A stretch of DNA of 64,000 nt from Phoronis australis (GCA_002633005.1 NMRA01000396.1:179199-243198), one strand, 5' to 3'. Positions 13,434-27,700 are shown, counted from the first letter of the stretch. The notes: a model not told the origin generated them from the letters alone. Numbers and translations: made by a program.

Positions 13434-14119
13434 GTCAGACTCTCTGGAGTGTGGTCGAACCCTGAAAATCAGAATGGAGCCATTAAACACCACTGTGAGT
13501 CTAAACAGGTTAAACTCACTCGCTTGATGCTTGAGCAAAACACGCGAATTCGCGAAAACTTTGTATTTACAAACAGCGCCTCCAATCGTTGAAATCACTT
13601 GATGATGTTTTCGTCGTCATTACCCTTTAATGCATTTTAACCTGACGGTGTCTCATAGTAGACGAAGAACCGGAAAATTGTACTGTATCTTTTCCCTTTA
13701 CGTGATGTGCATATTGTATGACACCTGGAGCGAGTTCAGCCTTCAGTCAATTGAAGCGTTTATCTATAGTGTCGTGTTAAAAAACCTGTCTCAAGGGAAA
13801 TTTGTCCAATAGCCTGGCGCTGGTGTTCAAACAAATAATACTAATTACTTATTTGGCAACTTCAACTTCCTTGGCAGTATACGTGGCGTGAAAATTTTAC
13901 ACGTCATTGAACGACCTTCAAATGCCATTAAAAATCATTTGGGAAAACACCTCTCTAATTTCAGTTAACATTTATTTGCTTACATTACTGGAAAGCCACT
14001 ATTGTTGAATTATTTTTCTTTTGTATAATAAATTGTTATTGAGTTGATGCATTCCTATTATGGCCTTGAGTAACCACAATATACTAACACATCTGAACAT
14101 CAACTTATATTCTCGTTAA

Positions 14120-16235
14120 AGGAGAATGCCACCCGATTTAATTAGGCATTTTACCGTCTTAATCGGTCTATATTCACATCATCTCGCATTTGGTGGACCT
14201 TACCGTGCTGAGAGGTTAGGCGTTGACCTGCGAGGAAGGTGAGAAACGACGCAGCGACATCAAAAATTCACTTGCAGAGTGAATGGCGCTCTGTTGATGT
14301 GCATCGTTACCACTTGTGTAAATTATGAAGCTGCGAGGAAAGCGAGTATATCGTTTTTTCGATTTTCTTGAGAGCCAGAAATGCTTAGAAAGTGGCTTGC
14401 GGTAGTGAAACATGTAATGAAAGTTGTTAATAGCAAACAACTATGAGGTCGTGAAACATCCCCGTGTCTGTGGCCGGCATTCCGTCGACTGTGATTTCTC
14501 TGACGAATGCCGGTTAACCAAAGAACTATGCATACGATCCATTGCCTGTAGTATTTCTTGATCAGTGTATTCGGTTCGAACTGATAACGTGTGAAACCTA
14601 ACGATCCACCTGTGAAGTCTTCGTCGGATGAGCTCTCGTCTAAGTCTGGATTGCGAGCTGCCATGTTGACGTTTATTATTCTGCTTTCTGTTTAACACGA
14701 ATTATTCCCAACCTTACCAATGCTTCCATCAAAACTGAAACAAAGTCTGTCTCATTAGATACAATTTGTAATTCTTTTGGAGTATTCGTGAGTACAAACG
14801 CTTTGAAAAGTTAACAATAAATAAATCAATGTGTTACCGGCTTTAGATACAATTGACCAGGCACCGAAGCCGTACGTGTGAGTGCATGGCATTTCAGTGT
14901 TTGCTGACAGCTGAATGTGAAGCATATGAAGACGCCCTAGTCTGGCTCTCACAGAACACAACACCTGGAGGCAGATAATTTCTACTTACAGACTCCCTCA
15001 GCCTCATTAACAGGCTAAAAACTGGTCATGTGAAGGATTCCTGGATACCTCTGTTCAGCTCTATTAATGGTCTCTTCACCAGTGTTTATATACCAGCACA
15101 CTGTGGCATCTCATTCAACGTCAAGGCGGATGAGCTCGCAGGCATCGCAGAAACGATTGCCGACCTGCTCCTCACACCAGCTGACGTAATCTCCAGAGTG
15201 CGTGAATCACTTACAGATGCCGAGATTGTACAACAGCAGGAGAGAAGGCAGCAAAATCTTGTTTCAGGCGAAAATATCGAAGAGTGTGTAATCAGCACGA
15301 ACTTGGTTGCATCTCCAAATTTAGATTGCGTGCGATACTGGAAAGAAGAGGGCCAGAGACTTATCCCGGTGCCTACCGTCTGACGTCACCACAGAAACAG
15401 AAACAGACAGAAAGCTGCTGTGAAACAATAAGTCAATTTCATATGCTGTGATCACATGTTAGGCGAATCTTTATTTAGATATACAGATACATTATTCAAA
15501 TCAATGTTACTGTACAACTTTTGCCATCACGCTTCTGTGGAAGGGGAACCTAACTTCGCGGCCCCCTAAAAGTAAGTAAAGTCGTGGCTAATTAGCCAAA
15601 TAATTACGTGCACATTATTCCTTTGACTCATTATTATAGTCTTTTTGTGATTGGATGTTTATTATCCAACTTAAGCTAGTTTATGTTCGTGATGTCCAGT
15701 CTCAGCGGCCACGACGAGCCTGATCGGGTTCCGAGCCACCGTGACTGGCTGGGATAACAAGCATTTTGTGTTTTAGAACTGCAAGTTGCAAGTCTAATAG
15801 TACAACACACAGCCGCGTTCTCCTGTCTGTATTTCACGAAAAGGGTTCGAATTTATCACCAAACAGACCCAAACTCCCGCGATCTACATGGTAAATAGAC
15901 CTACAGTCTACCAAACTTTGTAGGATATTGTACGTTCAGATACCCATGAATCCGTAAGAATGAAATAAAACAACACGTTTGTTCATTAACTCGATGTATT
16001 TGTAAGGGTTTCACATCGAATTTTGATGATTTATTGGTGTAAAACGATGAGTACAAGAGATAAGTTGATACCAGCAAGTGTGTTGTCAACGGTTGAACAA
16101 AGTGCATTCTAACCTATGATGCCATTGCTAAGGTGCCGTCAGGTGTCAGGTAAAACAACTAAACTTGCTGTTATCGAGTGGAACTATTCGATCTAATTTG
16201 TTACAAAATAGGTTGTTTTTGGATGGCACTCTCCT
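14120..16235. mobile_element. Kolobok-like DNA transposon derivative (TTAA target site duplication)
   Basis: TTAA-AGGAGAATGCCACCC ... GGATGGCACTCTCCT-TTAA (13/15 TIR match). Minus-strand frameshifted remnant MAARNPDLDESSSDEDF...RYQFEP/EYTDQEIL from 14664. Confidence 0.7.
14860..15410 (+). pseudogene. RNase H fragment of a non-LTR retrotransposon nested in the Kolobok-like element
   Basis: Motifs AECEAYEDALVWL, LLTDSLSLINRL and VYIPAHCGISFNVKADELA match the RNase HI pattern (AE..A, TDS, WVP.H.G..GNE.AD.LA); frameshifted. Confidence 0.8.
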
Positions 16236-17425
16236 TTAATCAGTAATAAGGTAGTCGAGAGGTCTTCATCCACTTACCGCAACTTACTTAGAATAATTAA
16301 AGCATAACTCTTAGAGCTCAGACACGGTTTTGGATAATTCTATGAGAATCGATTTCGCTCGAGTTACGCTTTCAGTCTGCTGCAGAACGAGCATCTTGCT
16401 GGATTTGGACTAGAGCTAGAAACTTTCAGACAGACGTGGCCATCCACTCTGGCGGTTGGCACAGTGGCTTACTGCTGCCGGCGACGCTGGGGATGGCAAC
16501 ACCGTTAGGAGTCGTCGAAACTGTACAGTCTGTCCTGGCAGGCGGCTGAGGAGTGTATAGTGTCTTGTAACTCGCAAGTTGTATGGTTTATCTATTCCAG
16601 CTACGCTGCTGAGATGTGTGGTTGAGCAAGTCACGTATTATCAGTGATGCATTTTTTCTTTCGTCCAAGTGAATATCTAGATCCAAAAAAATGATAAACC
16701 ACAACTTCTAAAACTAACTGTGAAAAAATTGCCCCGACGTTAGGGCAGATGGCAACGATTTTTTGCGGGAACCAGTCTGTCCTAAATACTCACCAAAAAG
16801 AGGCAGACGGCTATGCAACGTCCACAAAATCATTTTACTGTAAGTTTGACAATTTGTATTTTATAATTTTTCTCATCCATATGCTTGTGTATGACTGTTT
16901 TCCAGCACATGGTTTTTGTAGTTAATTTATTCGCTCGAAATAAACATTGATACATCGTCATGATGAATATTATCAACACAAGAACATAAATGATATTACG
17001 ACACCCGAAAATAACATTTTATCATATTTGGATAAGATAGATTTATTGAAGCTATTAGCTTTGGTTAGGGCAATTAACAACAAAACAATTGTGCTTTTGA
17101 GAGTTCATCACAAATCGCTAATTGACGCCGTGTTGTCTTCACCAGATAGATCCACGCAAGTACTCTGACAGTTCAGCTTTAGATTGTGACAGCGCGTGTT
17201 GCAGGTTTGATTACATGCTGAGGCTGAAATCTGGAAATATCCTTTCTCGCCAGTAATGTCTCGTAAACAATTCTACCGTAGTTGATTACATCATCCTAAA
17301 CTTTAAAGTGGGAATGAGTCATGCATTGTCTGTATAGGAATGTTCATGGCGTCTTAATGACGTTTAGGACCCAGTGTGACGACGGCATGTGTTTTCCGGG
17401 TTTAAACTGCGTCGTATAATGTCAC

Positions 17426-17760
17426 CATAGACTATAGTACTGTACATGGACCGCCAACTCGTATACTTTCAATGAACGAAATCTGTGCTCTTACAGATGG
17501 AATGACGTCATATTCACTAGCAACACCTGGCGTACGTTAGGTAACGCTAGGAACTACGCTAGGACCCATCTAAAATCTAGCCAAAGCCACGTGATCTTAT
17601 TTAAAATACATGACAATTTCTCACATAATCTCTCGAAGTCTTCAACTGCATTTTAGCAAGGTCCTAGCGTTGCTGAACGGGAGGCTGGTCAAATTATTTT
17701 GTGTTATTTCCGGCAAGTACGTCGTCTGCTAATCGTGGTCTGCTGTTGCATCGTCACAAT
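17426..17760 (+). mobile_element. Left end of a THAP-associated (P-like) DNA element, second copy of 60393-60749, interrupted by a MITE
   Basis: CATAGACTATA terminus and ATTTCCGGCAAGTACGTCGTCTGCTAATC are shared with 60393-60560. Confidence 0.6.
17529..17685. mobile_element. ~155 bp MITE, copy 1
   Basis: Inverted ends (GTAACGCTAGG ... CCTAGCGTTGCTGAACG); close match to 63499-63649; absent from the homologous position of the host element at ~60508. Confidence 0.75.
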
Positions 17761-18523
17761 AACTGCATCAGATAATTTAGGAGAGTGTCGCCTCCTCCAG
17801 GATTTTACGCAAGAAAATGTCGGTGTTGAGAATCTGTTGTCTATAATCTATGCAGCCACTCGCGTCATCACTAGACATCCGCGTAACAATAAACTTTATA
17901 AAAATACGAAATAGACGGTGATTTTATTCTCAGAGCCGGACGTCCCGAGAAGTACGGTGATTGCCAGAGGTGTAAGGAAAATGCTAAAGACTGAAAGAGG
18001 AATACACATGTAGACTTAATGTACATATAACGATACATATTACCCTGTTGTCCTTCATTTTGTAGCATTTCACCGGAATCCGCTGACATAGAGCTCACCG
18101 AACGGAACTTTCTCATGTTTCTGTATGTGGTACACTGTCTAGTATCCTCTATCCATTTTACGGCTATTATTTAGTCGACTAACGGTACTAACCTGGTTAT
18201 CAGTTATGTTTGTCTACTGGATCAAACAATGTATGCATAACCATGACACTGTTATCTTGCCATGAAGACTATGCACTAATCTCGTTGTTTATGAAACGAA
18301 ATAGAAATTATTTTGTTATTATTTCGGGTCAAGTACGAGTCATCCAGAGGCACCGTGGTCTTAAGAGACCTATACTCGGTAGTAAAATGGTCCCCCAAAT
18401 TGAATTGTAAATCTGTATCCATCCAAGAAAGTTTTTAATGCCAAAACGTTAAATCTGTTCAACTGGGTTGTGGTACTTATTAAAAACCACGCAGCCTTTG
18501 GGAGCGTCCTGCTCCTTGTTAAG

Positions 18524-18663
18524 GGGGGGAGATAGCGAGGGAGGGGAGAGGGTAGGACGGATTAGGAGAGAGAGGGAGGGAGGCAGGGAGCGAGGGAGGG
18601 AGTGAGGCAGGAAAGGAGGGAGGGAGGGAGGAAAGGAGGGAGATAGGGCGGGAGGGAGGGAGG

Positions 18664-18758
<95 letters not shown>

Positions 18759-18770
18759 AGATAGAGAGAA
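18524..18770. repeat. Polypurine tract: (GGGA)-like block followed by (GA)n microsatellite
   Basis: Directly visible; pure GA run at ~18667-18752. Confidence 0.97.
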
Positions 18771-21700
18771 AGCTCAGCAGGAAGCTTCATCTGTCATTTT
18801 CATCATTTCATCATTCTTCAAGAAGAATGACGGCTTAAGGATGCAGGAAGGGTTGAAGATGTTTTGCATTGATTTTAACGGTGTGTTCTTTAATTATTTT
18901 CAGTTGTTTGTGGTGCCTGACAAGGTACATTGCATAACGTACTGCCAGTTTTCAAGTGCTTGCGAACACTAAAGGAATCCCAGTGATGAGATTTTAACTG
19001 ATTTTAAATCATCAGTTCTATTCTTTATTTTCATTAGTCATGTACTTATCATATGATATCAAAGTTGTGTGGCAAACATCGTTTTGAAGCAGGAGCTGCA
19101 TTAGGAAATAGGTTAAAACTGACTCATCACGTAACAAGAAATTGTCGCATTTTAACCCCAATTTAGCTACCCTGGTATCTCCAAACCCACTGAACTGTGC
19201 GATGCTTTTCATACCCAACATTTTCCGGACTCTAACATAATTGATCAAACAAAAACGGTTTAGAATGTTTAAATTCCAAAGTTGCCGCTGGTTGGCGGTA
19301 ACATATGCTTGACGGATCCGTGGACTGGAACTCAATGATAGTCGAAATTTCCTTGTAAGTGAACAATAAATCTCCACAGATTATGTATCCTGTACTCTAG
19401 AACTTGTTCACTTTTAAAGTAAGACAAAATATATGTATTCTTAACAGATACATTTATCTGTCAAAAACGTTTGGAAGTCACACATGCGTATTTTACCAGA
19501 GGTAGCACATATGATAATAAAGAGGATTTGGTGTAAACCATAGACTTGGTTTTTGGTCCTAAGAAAAAAATATAACTATTCTTCCTCAATCTACCAAACT
19601 CAACGCAATGATTAACAAAATCACATTTTCAATATCAAATTTCCTTTTCAGTATTTTGAGGAGGTGACCTTTGGTAATTGCAATAATAAATAAAAAGCTT
19701 TCCTTACATTCAATCCATACTTACTCGCAGTTCTTCATACCAGGCACCACTCGCTCTCGATGATCGTAATGGTACAATTACACAGTAACAGATGTTTTTT
19801 TAAGTTTCGGAAACGGAAACTGTAGACTGTGCGCCGTTCAATAATTTAGCGGATACATCCATCACATGTTGATTGGTTGTTTCTTCTAAAAACTCGTTTT
19901 CTCATTACCCGCAGAAAATCTAGTCGATTTTTTCAATAGAAATTATTAATTTACTTAATCTGTATCTACCGAAAGCTAATAGCAAAATTAAACTATGTTG
20001 TTTGTTACTGGTTTGGGTGCCAATCGGTATTATTTTTAAACGCGTAGGATGGAGCAAAAGTATTTTAAACATGTTTTGGACGAGCAAACGACAAGTGTAA
20101 TAAAGGAAATGACGAATCAAAACCAGCTAAACTGTTCCATCTGCCCCGTGACCCCAAAGAAAAATAAAATCTGAAAAAAGGTTATTTCAGGATAGTTTCG
20201 TACAAATATAAGCGTAGAGCATTAAACTGGGGCCATGTAAGTGTTATTTCTCGAAGTTATCTAGAACTCTGGAACAATGCTGAAATTCCGAGCATCATGT
20301 CTCAGAAATGGCTGATTGGGTCCATTAAAAACTTCCAGATACCCTGATTTATGCACTGTTGGCCACAAACTGTCAGGAATTATCTTTTAAGATGTTCGAA
20401 GTTTGCATGAGAGGCTTTTATTACTAAAGACGAACTCTAACAGATTTTTTCTTGAACACTTATTTTAAAACAGAATTCACCCATGCTCTTCATAACGCTG
20501 TTTTCCTGAGAACGTAATTTCCTGTATATTACACATGGTTACATAATCCAATAATACGCAGACTGGTACAAAAAGTCAAATTATACAGGATTTCAACATT
20601 CATAATGCATATAGCTCTACTTAGTTCAAATCTATAATTTTGAAGACATTTTACTAAAATCGAAGATTTTTCAATAAACTTCTTCACTTTCCTAAAGAAT
20701 ACTTGTTTTGGGAGTAAAAGGTTATTTTCAAACTAAAAACAATTGAGTTGCACGCGCACTATACCGACACGTTATCAATTGTGCAGGTATTCCGCCTGAT
20801 AAGTCACATGATATGTTCATGTGCTTTAAACACATATTTTTAATCCATTTCCACCAAGTTATTCATCAACCTATGTGGCTACATACATGTGAAAACAGCC
20901 TTAAGTAGCTAATGTTCACATAGAACTCGTGTTATGAAGTCATTTACTAAGTTAATTATTCAGCCTATCTGGTTGACATAAATCTAAAATCAACTCATTA
21001 GCACATTCAATTCCATAATAGCCTAATCGTCTCATTTGCTGTTTTATTTTTTTTGAAAACACAACAGCAATACACATTAGACAAAAGATAGTCCCACGCG
21101 CGCACACACACACCACCCACGCTCGCATACATCGAGATCTACCAACAGAATCAAAACCCGTGCATACACAAAAAAGACCGAAAGGCAATCTATTGTTGAA
21201 CTTTCTGCATTCGAAATTAATCAATCACACAGTATACATATTTTTCCTGTTTAAAGATTTTGATGATAATGTCGGAGTCCGGTGTTCACAAACGCACGCA
21301 TATTTGTAAAACGTTCCAACAATCTAAAAACAGTAAACGAAAAGAATTTGTCTTCATAACTACCACTGTCAGTAAGTAGTAACTGGGTTGTATGGAATTG
21401 ATACAAATGTCTTTGCAAGGAAAGTCATTCCGCTCTCTGCCACGTTAGTAAAACGTCAAATTTTTAACTTCTCTCAGTACTTGGTTACTTCAGTAAAATC
21501 GATTCTGTTGTTTTATTGTCTAGTTGAAAGATACTTATTAAAACAATTTAATTGATTACATTAATTAAATCATAACATTTTGTTTTCAGATGGGGTGTTA
21601 TTGATCGACAATATCAAAATCTTTAGATTAGTCCATAAATTTTTCATAACACATTAGCGACAAGTATGTGGAGTTAGCCAAGTATCTACAAAACTATAGA

Positions 21701-24700
21701 TTATATCAATTAATACATTTGTCTTTAAAAGTAAAAAGCCAAGTTTAGAATTTGAATTTTTACATTTTACCAATCTGCCATTAATTGAGCCACGTGACGT
21801 GTTAATTATATTTTTACAAAATGAAAAGGTACACTGATAGCAAACAACGATATCAATAACGCAACCGACTTTCGCTTGATTGCAATGTGTCTAGGGTGTT
21901 ACATGAACTTAAAACCCCAATTGGCGGTAAGGTTTTGGTAATAGTGTCCAAATGTAATATACACATACACACGCACAGTGATCGTTGCAGCACTGCTTTA
22001 TAAGAAATAGGTGCTACCACTTGGTCAAACATTCATATTGCACAATAAACCGGTGTACATTCATAAGTGACTGTGTTTTCAAAGTTGTTTTTGCGTACAT
22101 CAAGTCGTCAGAAATTCCCATTGAGCAGATGCATGGACTTGCAGGCACTGTGCTCAATTTTAATAGGGCAAAGATGAATTTACGTTTAAATAAAATATAA
22201 CGTTTAATGTGATGTGACAAATAATATATGGCATATGTATTGAAGTATGAATTTGTCGAATTGTTTTCATAGTTTAAAAAACTTAAATCCCCGCATTACA
22301 TGTATGTTTCTTTGGACCAAGAACAGAGACTTTTCTGATTATGTTGTGAAATTTACTGGGAAATTGGAGCTACACGGAATTTTGAAACAAAATTAGACTA
22401 GCGATTTTACTTCGCTGTCACGAGCCATGCCACATCACGTTGATCCACTAGTTGTCACAACAATTTCTTTTTGCTTCGAATGTTCTAAACATGTCTCCCG
22501 AAAGTCATGATGCCACATGTCATAGTACGGTTCTTGGCACTTGTATTGGAAGGACAAAAGCGCTAACACGAGGTTATCGCAAATTCAATCCAATAGTTCA
22601 GGATAGGAGCTCTTTCTCCACAGCCTATTGATCAACTCGTCTAACGCTTTCATAGTCAGCATAATTTTCATGGTGTTACCTTTAACGTTTTCTGTTTAGG
22701 AGTCGCATGGCATTTAATTTTGCTCTTCGCAAACGTGATCACGTCATGACAAATATTTGGTGATAGGATTCATGCCATTTCGTATTTTAGTTGTCATTAC
22801 AGTTAGTACACTGAGCATTTTCGACTGAAGCAAAGTGAGCTCACATGATTCGCCTGCACTAATTGAATTTTTTCTGGAAAACTTACAGGATTATGTGTGT
22901 TTGACACTTACAGATAGATGTGTTTTTCCAGATGCCGACTCAAAATACGCATGGAAGGCAGATGCCGTCTGTTCACTGGAATTGTCTGGCCCGCATGTTT
23001 CAGACGCAAAAAGTAATACTCTCAACCAACTATGCAAAGAGAGGGCTCATTTATTATTTACTTCTGTCAAATTATTAGTGCATGCGTCCTGAATATGACA
23101 CGATGGTTGAACTCATGACCCTGCAAATGTGGTAATGACCCTTTGATTGTTGATCGTTCGATAAAAAGCACTCTGCTGGCAAATTATGACCAAAAGTTGA
23201 ATTCAGTGTACGTATGCAATTCACGAGCACAAGAAATGGCTTTAAGTTCGCAATTCACGAGCGTGCAATTTCCTGGATAATTTAATGAGTTTCGTTGTTG
23301 ACTTACTGAATGCCAAGTCACGATGACCTCCAGTCTTTCGTGCTGACTCCGTCATTGTGCGCAATCCAGTTTCACCATTTTAACCCGACGTTGTACATGT
23401 ATGCTGAAATATGATTTTTGTGACTGCTAGACAAGCTGAAGCAACTAAAGTTAATGGTTTAGCGACTTTCTGCACTTAGATAATAAGATACTTGCCCTAA
23501 TTTGGTGATTTTACCCAATACTAATTTCGTCATATACTATTTTTGAACTTATTTCCCCGAAGAGACCTGGCTATTGTTTAAGTGAAACCCTGTCCTCAAA
23601 CTGCCACATCCGTTGTTTGAGACAAGGTGCCTTTCAACACAGATAAAGATGAATGATTCAGTTTAATTAGGCTACCCTACTTTTTTACAGAAATAAATAG
23701 GTTGGGCAAACACACATGCGTCTTGAATTGAAGAAACTGTAAAAACGAAAAATACTATTCGACATTTAGTACGGTACATGTACATCTTTTTTTCTCTGCA
23801 TGGAATAGGAACTTGGCTAGTTTGGTCATAACATTGATATCCTAGTGCGATATCAGCATGCGACGAAAAACAAGAGTTACATCAATTAAAGCAACTAGAG
23901 TGTCAAATTTTGGTAAAAAATCCACACACAAAGGGGATATTAACAAGAGTTGGTATTCACTATCAATAACTCTTATCACACAACAAGGGTACAATCTTTC
24001 CTGTCTTGGCATTTCAAAGTACGTTCCATATCAACCATCAATAAGAGATTAGCACATCGAAATAGAGCTTTCAAAGCATGAAACAATACTTTAGGACGAG
24101 AGTCCACTCGAAAAATCTATATGCGGTTATCTTGCTTAATAATGTTAAACTGTCTTGCCACATCTGATGTTTAATGTCATTACAGCTCTGTTTAAAAACG
24201 TCAACAGTTACAATCTCATTTCTAACCCTTTGGGAGAACCAGACAATAACAAAACTAATATGCAAAATTTTAACCTATATTTAGCCCCCATCTATCTTTA
24301 CATGTACCTAGTTCAGCCATCCGCCTTGTATTGGTAAGAACAGTACACTTCAACATACCTCTTTTTCGTGCATTTCACCTGTCCGTATCCTTTCAGTAAA
24401 TTAAAATTCGAGGTACTGTATTGTGATGTCATTTCAATAGGACTTCCCTTTATAAAATAGTTGTCATAATGTCTGCGGCACCCTCCATTTCTAAATACAA
24501 TAATCTTTAACTAGACCCTGTAAAATCTTCATCCTGATGTCTGTTTCCATCAATTTGATTGGTTATACATTGTGGATCTCAAAACAATGAAAGTTAACAA
24601 AATACGGACACATCTATGATTATTATCATCACATTTTCCCAGAAACAAGGCTCAGCCTGCCGCCGATACTTCCAGTAAAACAGTAATAGTGCAGTCTGTG

Positions 24701-27700
24701 ATAGTCGAGACGCACCATTCATAGGTACAGTAACAGTTACGATGACAGGGTCGGGAAACCAGCACATGGTTTTGACAGGATTAGTATTTGAAGATATATA
24801 CGCTAATTAAAAGATTCATCAGAATCCATCTATTTTAGTTTTATATTTTAGAATATTCGTAATTTTTGTAGAGTATTTCTTCTTTCGTAATATTAAAAAA
24901 AATCTTAATTTCAAGTATTGGACATAGAACTTAAGACTCGTTAATCTCCAGCGATGTAAATAATAGTTACCAATAATTGATGTTAAATTCAGTACATGTG
25001 CTTCATCATAGAGACAAGAAAAAATGATGCATAAATTTACGTGTTTTTTTAACTGTTGAAACAACGAAATACAAATTCACGGGACCATTACAAATTGATG
25101 ATACCTTGGGGTTATTTTCTAAAAAGGTACACATTTGGGAACATAATCCCAATTTACGTAAGAAGTATTAGTGCTTAAAAGCCTGTGTGTTAAACGAAAT
25201 CGATATCATTTTGGTTTTGTATCAATGCTAACATTCATAGAGTGAATATGGTCTTCTTCCACCATTCCTAAATTCGCGAATTTGAAGTATGCTCGTATTT
25301 TTTTTCTTAAGCCCGAAAATTTGGTGAATGGTGGAGAAAGCCCGTGCGTAGTACACAAACACTCGTAAGTCGTTTGCTACTTGTCAGAAAGATAGATTTG
25401 TCCTTGTTCTCATACCATCTTCTATAGTATTTATGTGTCTATCATCCAATAGATTTGGATTGTAACTCTGTGGCTCGTAAGCCAGGAGTATTGAACATAC
25501 AGATGGAAAAATTTCCGGAAGTTCAATCAGGTTATAAAATCTGTCTTTATTAAACATGTTAGTCACTTTGTTAGACCAGATTCCAAAAAGGCATCAAGCA
25601 TGAATAATTACGACGGTTTAATAAATAAGCAGTTTGAGACCAACTGATTAACCTCAAGTCATGACTAGCCATGACAGTGTCATATCGTGCCAACCAAGAT
25701 TTAACGTGACTGCTGAGAGAAAGGGTTTGATTAAAATTGTTTCGAACAATGTTACCTTTTTACCATTCAGAAAAAAATGTTAAAACAGGTTTTCTAAGCA
25801 TAACAGCGAGGACAGTAACAAAGTAAATCGGTGATTACATTTAGAGAGAATAAAATATTTGAGTGACAACAACATGTGTGTTCATCCAGAGATTTTTCTC
25901 GTGTTGTGGGGTACGATGTAGCGCAGATTTGCACTTAATCGCAATTAATCTGGACTCCACATGAACTTTAATAATTGTAGAACATAAGGAAGGTTTCAGA
26001 TAATTTGTTGAGTCGAAACAATATTTTCATTCTAGAGTTCAAGTTTTCCTATTGACGATGGCGATTCAGCGACGCATAAGTCGGCAGGTTTTCGCCCTGT
26101 GATGAGCACAATTTTTTTATCGTAATTTAACAACGGAAGTTCATAGCAATGCACCAAAATTTTGTAGAAAGACTGTCGTAGGCTAAAAATACGTCACAGA
26201 GCGTAAATTTTATGAATCCTAGCTTCCGATTTTACCCGTTTGGGAAAACGGGTTTCAACTGCCGTAGGCTACAATAAGAATCCCCTCCCCGTGAAATGAA
26301 TTTTTCTAAGCGTTTATTTGAGCCAATACACTATACAGCTTTCCACCAAGGCTAGGTGATGCTACGACATTATTCTTTGTTGCGTTAGTAACTGGTCTTG
26401 GCTAATTATCATTTTATGGCCTGGTCATCAATTCAGCCAAAAGTAGTTCTAGAAGTGGCTTAATAGTCAATTATTCACGCATGCTGACTCACAATAGAAG
26501 CCTGATAAGAGTGAAGGTGGATAAATGCGGTGTTCCTACAGTTTCTTGTGCTAGTGGATGTGTTCACGACATGACCTAAGTATGACAAGTCCAATACAAC
26601 ATGTTATCATTTTTTATTCATTAACCCAAAATTATTCAAACTTTTAACATAATAAGTAATTCAAAATGCACAATACTTTACAACATTTAGCATTACAAAC
26701 ACTATTCAACAGCAACAGTTTCCATGATATGAAAGTGGACACACAATACATGTAACAGTAACCATGGTGGCGGAATAGTGTTTCCTTACACCAGAATTTG
26801 ACAAGCATCATTTAAAAAATATGAAGTTGCAAGGAACAAGAATTAGAGGCTTGAAGCTTCACAATCAAACATAGCTTATTTCTCAAATTAAGATTATTCA
26901 TATTGTTGACTTGATAACCTGAATTAAGAAACAATAAGTTACAAAACATGACTTGAAAGCAATTGAGACTTAAAATTAAGAAAAAAATATGAATAATTTT
27001 GTGATACCGAATCAAGTCTTGAACAGCAGTTGACATTCAAACAAAAAACCGTTTCAAAATTATTTCAACTATTTTTTAGCTTTGTGTAAGATCACCTGAA
27101 TGGGAAATTTAAAGTAAAATAATTCGAATACACCTTAAATTTTTGCACAAAAACACGAAAATTGAACAAAGTTTATTTTTTGTAGCAAAGTTTGTCAAAA
27201 TGTTTCAACGTTAAATCTTCACAAATTACAAAGTAGCCGACTGAACATGCCTTTCAGTTCATCAAAAGTCGCCATGTTGTCAATGCCCCCAGAAATGAGA
27301 CGAAGTCCAATGGGAATTGTGAGCACATTTATCACTTAATGAGTAACAAATGCGAGGCTGAAACTTGCTGAAAACTGTTAAATCGTGCAGAATAGTAAGT
27401 AAAGATATGTCTAACTAAATTTCACCGTAATTTGTTGGAGAAAACAATTTACACAAAGTTTTAAACTCGTAACTTATCCCGCTGTCCTCCAATATGGCCG
27501 ACGCGATCCAAACAAAGTGACCCAAATTTCGCCACAAAACTTGCAATAACTTTACACTGCTTGCCCCGAGTTTGATACTTTTTCGATTTTTACTGAGTAG
27601 AATGCACTACCTTTCCGATGATAGCAAAGTACTTTTCAAAACGAGAAAAAAATAAAATCGAAAAAAATAGGTTCGACCCATATTGGTTCCAAGGTTCGGC

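Noticed and set aside
18449-18790. 113 aa Ser-Leu/Pro-rich ORF
   Set aside because: Translation of the (GA)n and (GGGA)n tract.
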